This document shows positions 36,582-43,454 of a stretch of DNA of 43,454 bases, in pieces. The translations under genes were made by a program, and so were the position numbers. How positions within the stretch are numbered: the stretch's first letter is position 1; the number at the start of each line of letters is the position of its first letter. The DNA is from a virus (lineage: Duplodnaviria > Heunggongvirae > Uroviricota > Caudoviricetes): positions 1 to 43,454 of IMG/VR virus record IMGVR_UViG_3300031760_000016; one strand, given 5' to 3'. The notes below the pieces were generated by a model. The model saw nothing but the letters and a program-made list of their open reading frames with translations. It was not told the origin of the DNA and ran no database searches.

Positions 36582-39500
36582 TTGGTTGTAGAGTTTTCAA
36601 AATTGAATTTGAGCGAACGCCCATTGCTGACAGTGACAAATGCCAGTGGCGTTACGCTTGGCGTTATCGCGTGTCCAACTGACCTGACCTTTGGTCTGAA
36701 ATACAATGAGACTTCAACGATGAATTTCACGGTCCCGTACATGATCGACGGAGAAGTTGTACCAATTTATGAAAAACTTGCCAGTCGCCAGGTCATATCA
36801 TTTCCAGGCATTGGGCAGTTCATCATTGTGAATCCTTCAGAGGTTGACGACGGCATCCAGCGATACATGAACTGCGAAGCGTATTCACTTGAGTATGAAT
36901 TCACCTACAAGAAAATCACAATCCAGAATGGGACTTATAAGTTCTGGGATGAAACTTCGCCGGATGAGACCGTGCTTGGAATGATCATGGAACTGATGCC
37001 GTCGTGGTCGGTACGCACCGTTCCGAGCTCTATAGCGAATAAGTACCGCACCTTCGAAATTGAGAATGAGAATCTGTACAACTTTATGAAGGGCACTCTC
37101 CAGCTTACCTACGAGTGCATTTTTGAGTTTGACACAGTGAATCGGACGGTGAGCGTGCGCGATACACAGGGATCCCCGGTGAGCAAGCCTGTGTTCCTGT
37201 CTAACAAGAACCTGGTCAGTGAACTGGAGATTTCTGAAAACACCGAAGACATTGTTACCAGGCTGGATGTGAACGGCGCTGAGGGCGTGGACATTCGCGA
37301 CGTTAATCCGACCGGTACAAACAGGATGATTGACCTCAGCCATTATATGACGGAGGATAATTTTACGCCTGAGCTGATTGCAAAATACAACGTGTGGAAG
37401 CAACATTGCGAGGACGTGAGTGAGGAGTATTTCAACCTGTCTGTGCAGTATGCGCTGAAAGTGTCTCAGCTGACGACTGAACAGGCGAAGCTGGCTGATT
37501 ACAAGGAAATCCTTGACACCTATACTACGCTTCAGGGCGTGTCGGCACAGGCTGCCGCGCAGAGCATTAAAGGCGCGAAAGAGGCGTTGGTGAAATACAC
37601 AAATCTGGTCGCTGATGCCGCAGAAGAAATGGCGCGAAAGCAGACGGCTGTCGATGCCATTGACGCGGAGCGTGAACAGCTCTTTGCAAGAATCACGGAA
37701 ATGGTGAATGATTGCAGGTTTGATACAATCTATGATTCTGAGACGGGGGAGAGCTCAGACCGCTTTACCGCTGAGGAATATAAAATGCTTGACCGCTATA
37801 TCATTGACGGCGAGATTGAAGACAGCACGTTCGTGGTGGAAGAAGTTGAGTCGTATGACAGCCAGGATCAGAGCGCAAATTTTGATTCCCTCGTAATTGG
37901 TATCACTGGAGCAGAGGTTACGGCGTACGCGGAAGACCTGTATATGATCAGAGGCGGCAAAATGACGATGGTCGCTGACGGTTCATATGCGGACATTGTT
38001 ACAGCAGTCATTGACTGGAAGGATGACGATACGTTTATTGCAACCGCGCATTTGAGCAAGGGCAAGATCGCCGGCTCAACTATTGATGAGGGCTGCATTA
38101 CTTTCACAGGCCACGGTTCAGCCATATCATCGACTGAGACAACGGTGGACATGACCGTGACGGATGCGTACAGGTACTTCACATATACGCCCAGCGAATT
38201 CCAGCGCAGGAGTGTTGCGTGGGAGCTGTACAACTACGGCAAGGACGTCCTTTCCAAGCTGTGCAGGCCGAGCTATACGTTCAACGTAAGTAGCGCAAAT
38301 TTCCTGGCGCTTGAGGACTTTGTTTCATTTAAGAATAAGTTGGAATTGGGGCAGGGGGTCTACCTCGATACAGCCATGGACGGAGTGCTGGAACCGATCT
38401 GCATTGGTGTTTCGTTTGAATGGTTCAAACCTGCTTCGTTGCAGCTTGAGTTCAGCGACAGCTATGTGAGCGGTGACAAGACGTTCCGGCTTGTGGATCT
38501 GCTCGAGAAGAGCATCACGATGGGCAAGACCGTGGACAGTTCGAAGTACGCATACTCTGCGTTCATTGACAGTGGTGCGAGCTCAAACCTGCGCAGTCTG
38601 CAAGAATCAGCACTTGACGTTTCCAAGAATGCCATCATGTCCTCAAGTGGGCAGACGATCACTTGGGATGGATCGGGCATGAGGTTCAGAAAACGGACGG
38701 GTAGTGTGACGGTGCAGTACGACTCTGGCAACACGGATAAAACCCCGGAGGAAATAGCGGCTGATGCTGCCTACGCTGATCAGTACGTCGGGGATATTGC
38801 CGGCGGCACAGTCGGCGATGACTCTGAGTACGACAACGAACAGATCTGGATAAACAACAACAGCATCGTCATGACAGCGGATGGCTGGCAGACGGCTGAG
38901 ATGGCCATCGGCAAATTCTACGATTCAACGCTCGGTGAGTGCTGGGGTATTGCGGCACCTAAGATCGTCGGCACATTAATCGCCGGCAGCTCGCTCATCA
39001 TCCAGAGTGAAAAGAAGGATGGTGGGATCGCTGAGTTTATCGTTGATGAGGATGGGTGCAGGCTATACAATAGCTTTATGACGATCGCAAATAGTACACG
39101 CGAAATCTTGTTGAACCCTGATATTGGCATTGCCATTGGCACGCCGGGGATTTACACCGTCGACGAAGAGACGGGTGATATGGTCTTTGACACAGACCAC
39201 GCAAATTTCTGGGTTGACGAAGACGGAAACGTGTATTTGCGGGGTGCTATTACGGCGACGGCATTGACGATTGTTGGGAGCGATTCCTCTGAGACGTCGA
39301 TGGATGACTATCTGTCGAATGCTCTCAGTAATTATGACGACGGGAACAGCGTTAATGAGGCATTGGCACAACTGCAAAACATCCTGAACTCTGCGGGTGG
39401 TGACATTGATCAGATCAGCGGTTTGATCAACGAGCTGAACAATGAATTGCAGGCGACGTCCAGTCAGGCGACACATATTTTCTATGGGAACGACGATAAA

Positions 39501-41420
39501 TCGACGGCGAACGTCGGAGATATCTGGTATGATACCGCGAATGGGTATGTTTACAGGTTCGTGGATTACTGGACGGAGCTACACAATCAGAACACAAAAG
39601 ACTGGTTTGACGCCATAGCCAACGAGGATGCGATTGCTGACGAGAAGATAGCAGTTGTGCGCGGTGAAAATGAGCCGTCCAGTAAATCCGTAGGTGATAT
39701 TTGGGACGACGGCGAAGCTACCACCCCTAAAGTGTGGGACGGTCAGAGCTGGTCAGATTCGGTAGACAGGTGCTTCGAGGAATTCATTGCTGCGATGACG
39801 GACTATTCTTCTGACATCATAAAGATGTACATAGATAAAACAAGTCCGGATGATGCTGAAGATGGCGACGTTTGGTATGATACGTCTGCAAAAGTCTTGA
39901 AGGTTATCAGTTCTCCGTATGCTTTGATAGAAAACAAGGCTCTTGCGCTTATACTGAAATACGTTGATAGAGATATGTTTGAACAAAACGGTGTTTCAAC
40001 GCGGCGGTTTTACGTTATGCCAACAAGACCTTCAAGCTATTTGGGTTCGATTTGGATTGATCCAGAAGATGTGGGATCGCTGTCAAGGGTTGTAACTTTT
40101 AGCAGAGCAAGATATTGGGACTCCATAGATGAGGAGTATAAATACTATAATCCAGCATGGAGGGGTATACTATCAGCAAGTGATGAGTTGGCAAATGCAT
40201 ACAGGAGTATGACTGTAGAGGAAAGAACCGAAGTGGATGAGTCTGTCAGTGATCTTGTTACGCTGTTTGGCTCTGGTATGAATATCGTTTATTACGTGAA
40301 TAATATTAACTCCGATGAGAGTGATAGTATTCCTGACGGCAGTATTGTGTGCGAGTGGAGCAATATTGGTGAGGATCGCATATATCGAAAACTCAGTAAA
40401 TGGCAGGAAAACTCCGATGAAGGCGTGGCGAATACAGCAAATGTCATCCGTGCGAACATGGATACGTCAAGAGGGTATGTAAATGTTTATCCCAGATCTC
40501 AGCAACCGTCTTCTGCGAGCAATGGAGACGTCGTGTACGATACAGGCGATGATAGCTTGTATATTTGGATCAATGGCGAGTTTGTAAAGCAGTATGGCAG
40601 GGTGGCAGACGATCTGTCTTACATCAGAAATGTCATCACGGAAACTGGCGCGACGGTGTATTACTGCGATTCCGACCCGAAACAGGGCAATACTCTGGTC
40701 ATAGGGGATATTTGGTACAATATAAGCAATAAACGCGTGAAAAGATATGACAGGGAGAACGATTGGCAGGATATCACATCATCAGTTCAGTCTGAGGCTA
40801 TTGGAGCGGCAACGCAGGCAAAGAGCGCGGCGGATAATGTTGCGAACGGAAGCAGCGGTATGTCGTTTACGATAGGCAATAACTCAAGCGCAATCGTGCA
40901 GATAAACAGCAATGTGGGCTTTAAGGCTGCGACGGATGACGGAGCATATTTCCAGGTCGGTCGAGTTGAGGTGCTTGACGAGTACCATACGACCACATAT
41001 GAGTACCGAATGGGATTCTATGAATCCAACGGTGACCCACTGTTTTACTATAGCGATGGCAAGATGCGTTTTCCTGGTGAAGATCGTATCAGCCTTGGTT
41101 TGTTGGACGGCAATGGCTTGTCCGCAGGTGATAACACAGATGGGTGTGCCCCTGGGTGCGGATATTATATGGAAAATGGACATCGTGTATTTGTCGCTGT
41201 GAATGTAAAGTCTACATCACGGATCTCTGCGCCTGCAAGGGTTAATTCCGCGCCCATTCCGAGCGCGTATCGGCCACCCAGAAGGCGATATGCAACTGGG
41301 ATATGTTCTGGAAATGGTGATTCTATCAGGGGGTACGTTGATACTTCGGGGTACATTTACATCACTTACTCGTCAAGTACGTTTGATTGGTGTGACCTGG
41401 TAATCGATTACGTTATATAG
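36582..41420 (+). CDS. Large tail tip protein (prophage tail endopeptidase/Tal-like N-terminus, repeats, C-terminal receptor-binding-like domain)
   Basis: SD AGGAGGTG and TTG. N-terminal pattern typical of siphophage tail-tip proteins (SLEYEF…CIFEFDTVNRTV…VTRL.V.G). C-terminus has P..YRP…G.I. Confidence 0.75.
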   Translation: MVVEFSKLNLSERPLLTVTNASGVTLGVIACPTDLTFGLKYNETSTMNFTVPYMIDGEVVPIYEKLASRQVISFPGIGQFIIVNPSEVDDGIQRYMNCEAYSLEYEFTYKKITIQNGTYKFWDETSPDETVLGMIMELMPSWSVRTVPSSIANKYRTFEIENENLYNFMKGTLQLTYECIFEFDTVNRTVSVRDTQGSPVSKPVFLSNKNLVSELEISENTEDIVTRLDVNGAEGVDIRDVNPTGTNRMIDLSHYMTEDNFTPELIAKYNVWKQHCEDVSEEYFNLSVQYALKVSQLTTEQAKLADYKEILDTYTTLQGVSAQAAAQSIKGAKEALVKYTNLVADAAEEMARKQTAVDAIDAEREQLFARITEMVNDCRFDTIYDSETGESSDRFTAEEYKMLDRYIIDGEIEDSTFVVEEVESYDSQDQSANFDSLVIGITGAEVTAYAEDLYMIRGGKMTMVADGSYADIVTAVIDWKDDDTFIATAHLSKGKIAGSTIDEGCITFTGHGSAISSTETTVDMTVTDAYRYFTYTPSEFQRRSVAWELYNYGKDVLSKLCRPSYTFNVSSANFLALEDFVSFKNKLELGQGVYLDTAMDGVLEPICIGVSFEWFKPASLQLEFSDSYVSGDKTFRLVDLLEKSITMGKTVDSSKYAYSAFIDSGASSNLRSLQESALDVSKNAIMSSSGQTITWDGSGMRFRKRTGSVTVQYDSGNTDKTPEEIAADAAYADQYVGDIAGGTVGDDSEYDNEQIWINNNSIVMTADGWQTAEMAIGKFYDSTLGECWGIAAPKIVGTLIAGSSLIIQSEKKDGGIAEFIVDEDGCRLYNSFMTIANSTREILLNPDIGIAIGTPGIYTVDEETGDMVFDTDHANFWVDEDGNVYLRGAITATALTIVGSDSSETSMDDYLSNALSNYDDGNSVNEALAQLQNILNSAGGDIDQISGLINELNNELQATSSQATHIFYGNDDKSTANVGDIWYDTANGYVYRFVDYWTELHNQNTKDWFDAIANEDAIADEKIAVVRGENEPSSKSVGDIWDDGEATTPKVWDGQSWSDSVDRCFEEFIAAMTDYSSDIIKMYIDKTSPDDAEDGDVWYDTSAKVLKVISSPYALIENKALALILKYVDRDMFEQNGVSTRRFYVMPTRPSSYLGSIWIDPEDVGSLSRVVTFSRARYWDSIDEEYKYYNPAWRGILSASDELANAYRSMTVEERTEVDESVSDLVTLFGSGMNIVYYVNNINSDESDSIPDGSIVCEWSNIGEDRIYRKLSKWQENSDEGVANTANVIRANMDTSRGYVNVYPRSQQPSSASNGDVVYDTGDDSLYIWINGEFVKQYGRVADDLSYIRNVITETGATVYYCDSDPKQGNTLVIGDIWYNISNKRVKRYDRENDWQDITSSVQSEAIGAATQAKSAADNVANGSSGMSFTIGNNSSAIVQINSNVGFKAATDDGAYFQVGRVEVLDEYHTTTYEYRMGFYESNGDPLFYYSDGKMRFPGEDRISLGLLDGNGLSAGDNTDGCAPGCGYYMENGHRVFVAVNVKSTSRISAPARVNSAPIPSAYRPPRRRYATGICSGNGDSIRGYVDTSGYIYITYSSSTFDWCDLVIDYVI
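39500..40780 (+). repeat. Seven ~60-aa P…GDxWxD modules in the tail tip protein
   Basis: Gly anchors at 39516, 39693, 39864, 40044, 40338, 40524, 40704. Confidence 0.75.
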
Positions 41421-41439
41421 GAAGAGAAAGGGGCAAAAT

Positions 41440-41805
41440 ATGAAGCAATATCAAATCAACAAGGCGTATAAAACACTGCTGAAGCTGACGGATTTTAAAT
41501 TGCCCGTCCGTGCCGCGCGTGACATTTACATGCTCGCCAGACAGCTTGAACCGTCATACAGCTTCGAGCTTCAGCAGGAGAGGAAGCTGGCGGAACAGCA
41601 TGGTGCGCAGTACGACAAAAATGGTATGCCGTTGTTCGCAACCAAGGATGACGCAAAGGCTTTTCAGAGCGAACTGTCTGAAATGATAAATCTTGAGGTT
41701 GAGTTGGACTTCAAGCCCATTTCGATCAGTTGCGATATTTTCGGTGACCAGCTGATTACTGCGGCTGAGATTGCGTCCCTGGAGGGGTTTGTTGATTTTG
41801 AATAG
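41440..41805 (+). CDS. Small phage protein (DUF1617-like appearance)
   Basis: 121-aa helical protein; family resemblance is tentative. Confidence 0.6.
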   Translation: MKQYQINKAYKTLLKLTDFKLPVRAARDIYMLARQLEPSYSFELQQERKLAEQHGAQYDKNGMPLFATKDDAKAFQSELSEMINLEVELDFKPISISCDIFGDQLITAAEIASLEGFVDFE

Positions 41806-41823
41806 CTGGATTGGGGGTGAAAT

Positions 41824-42630
41824 ATGTCGTTTAAAGCATATGAATTTATTTATGACGGAGTTTCCAGCTATAGTTATGATCTGATGCTGTATGATATTGG
41901 ATCTACAACAAGCGGCGAGGCTAATCTCGCCGGTGCGGTTGGCATCGTAGAAGATATAATCGGTTCCAGGTGGAAGCCTTATTTTTATGGTATTCAGTTC
42001 AAAAACAAGTTATCATTCAATATGGTCTTTGGGCTGAAAAACGACAGGCTTGACATGCATAGTTATTTAAACAGGGTTGAGATACATGAAATTGCGACAT
42101 GGCTTACCGGCCATACATGTTACAAGCCGTTGAGAATACTGCAGGATGACTTGATTGACGTGTGGTATAATTGTATGTTCACCAATCTTGAATTGATCGG
42201 GAGCGGCGGTGAACAATATGGATTTAAAGCGACCGTGACTTGTGACGGCCCGTATGCCTATCGGATTGAGCCCAATATCGTAAAGAACCTGCAGTCCACA
42301 AGCGCCTCAGAATTCAGCATAAACAATTTGAGCGCATTGCATGTTCCAGCATTTCCCAAGCTGATAATATCACAGAATACAGGGACGACATTATCGATTG
42401 AGAACATCACCTCTGGAAATATATTTGAAATTTCAAATATCCCCAATGGAGTAACTGATATTGTAGTTGACTGTGATAAGTGTGTTATTTCAGCAACAAA
42501 CGGTGCCAACCTCTACCCAAACTGCAACTTGCAATGGGTGAAAATTGAGCCTGGGTATAATGAATTTTCAGCGCTTGGAGATTGCAGGCTCGAAGTAAAC
42601 TATTCTTTCCCTGTCAATGTTGGCGCTTAA
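41824..42630 (+). CDS. Distal tail protein (Dit)-like
   Basis: F.YDG.SS..Y.L…WLTG..YK.L…CD.PYAY…I.VDC…I.PGYN pattern typical of siphophage Dit proteins. Confidence 0.75.
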   Translation: MSFKAYEFIYDGVSSYSYDLMLYDIGSTTSGEANLAGAVGIVEDIIGSRWKPYFYGIQFKNKLSFNMVFGLKNDRLDMHSYLNRVEIHEIATWLTGHTCYKPLRILQDDLIDVWYNCMFTNLELIGSGGEQYGFKATVTCDGPYAYRIEPNIVKNLQSTSASEFSINNLSALHVPAFPKLIISQNTGTTLSIENITSGNIFEISNIPNGVTDIVVDCDKCVISATNGANLYPNCNLQWVKIEPGYNEFSALGDCRLEVNYSFPVNVGA

Positions 42631-42653
42631 AAGCAGTGTAGGAGGAAATTGGT

Positions 42654-43052
42654 ATGAATAGTCTTGTAGTTAATACACTGCCCGATATAGAAATGTATGG
42701 CGGGGATACAACACCCTGGGACGCGCCTTTGATCAAACCCAGCGGCGCTGACTATAAACTCAGCGACCTCAGCGGAATAGATGTTACGTTGTATATTGCG
42801 CCGTTTCATTCTGTGATAAGCGCTGATGGGGTAGTGCCGAGCGGTGCTGTAATTACAAAAACGGCAACTCTCGCATCGAAGGGAGCGCACTTTGCCGTCG
42901 CCCAATTTGAATTCTCGCAATCCGATACAATTTCTCTTCGCGGCAAGTACGTGTATCAAATAGAGGTAACCAATGGCCAGGACACAAGGATAAGTCAGGG
43001 GTACCTGTATATAAAGCCAAATCTTAGAATTATCAGTGGTGATTCTGCATGA
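42654..43052 (+). CDS. Baseplate upper protein (BppU) N-terminal-like domain protein
   Basis: GDT..W…DT..L.GKYVYQIEV…G.L.I pattern. Confidence 0.6.
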   Translation: MNSLVVNTLPDIEMYGGDTTPWDAPLIKPSGADYKLSDLSGIDVTLYIAPFHSVISADGVVPSGAVITKTATLASKGAHFAVAQFEFSQSDTISLRGKYVYQIEVTNGQDTRISQGYLYIKPNLRIISGDSA

Positions 43053-43282
43053 GAACTATTCCGCTTTCTTTTAGTTTGGCTGATAGTTTGGACATTGCTG
43101 TTGTTGTGGATGAAACAATGATAAGCAATTCCATATTTGGAGATTTGAGCGTTGATGATCCTATGATATTAAGCTCAATAGATGGGATCAAGCTCTCATC
43201 CATGAATGGCGATGCCGGGCATGTGATGACAACAACGCGAGACAAAGATCGGTTGTATTTTCTTGGATCATATATAGCTTAA
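43049..43282 (+). CDS. Small acidic hypothetical protein (77 aa)
   Basis: ATGA overlap with the previous gene. Confidence 0.6.
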   Translation: MRTIPLSFSLADSLDIAVVVDETMISNSIFGDLSVDDPMILSSIDGIKLSSMNGDAGHVMTTTRDKDRLYFLGSYIA

Positions 43283-43293
43283 GGAGGTAGTAT

Positions 43294-43454
43294 ATGAGCA
43301 AATCTCAGTATTTGGGCTTGGAATTGACTGGGATGACTGAGCCCGATTCTTCGCAAACTTTTCTTAACTGGCGCACCAATATGAATGGCGAGGGCTCGAA
43401 ATCCAATATGAACATCATTGATAAGGCTCTCATGGACATGAACTCACAGAAGGC
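43294..43454 (+). CDS. Probable tail fibre/minor structural protein, 3'-truncated
   Basis: SD AAGGAGGT and ATG; the frame (MSKSQYLGLEL…SNMNIIDKAL) runs off the window. Confidence 0.55.
   Translation, partial: MSKSQYLGLELTGMTEPDSSQTFLNWRTNMNGEGSKSNMNIIDKALMDMNSQK

Noticed and set aside
41100-41420. Diversity-generating retroelement target or invertible tail-fibre cassette
   Set aside because: No template repeat, reverse transcriptase, inverted cassette or crossover repeats in the window.
17-43245. Numerous minus-strand and alternate-frame ORFs in the track
   Set aside because: They shadow well-supported plus-strand genes and show no recognisable motifs; this is expected from codon bias.
1-43454. 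Stop-codon reassignment, CRISPR array, tRNA or rRNA
   Set aside because: TAA, TGA and TAG all terminate genes cleanly; no spaced direct repeats or cloverleaf/rRNA motifs were seen.

Overview
A single + strand block from a large SPbeta-like tailed phage or prophage. The strong GGAGGTG-type Shine-Dalgarno (SD) sites suggest a Firmicutes host. Gene order: YonO-type single-subunit RNA polymerase (5' end outside the window), a wHTH/Zn-ribbon partner gene, holin, metallophosphoesterase, tyrosine recombinase, HU, terminase, portal, protease/scaffold, capsid, head-tail and tail genes, a 4540-aa tape measure protein (TMP), a 1612-aa tail tip protein, Dit-like and baseplate genes. Two related ~1-kb group I introns, each carrying an HNH-type endonuclease ORF, split the RNA polymerase (1245-2288) and the portal (10780-11752). 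Both splice junctions could be placed to the nucleotide and restore the reading frame. Less obvious signals: a 12-bp anti-SD helix that could silence the holin on read-through transcripts, an SD-backed ACG start for the first endonuclease, a nested scaffold start, an in-frame leader on the tail tube gene, three tandem paralogues, and extensive repeat/SH3 modularity in the TMP. All family assignments come from motif recognition and gene order, not from database searches.
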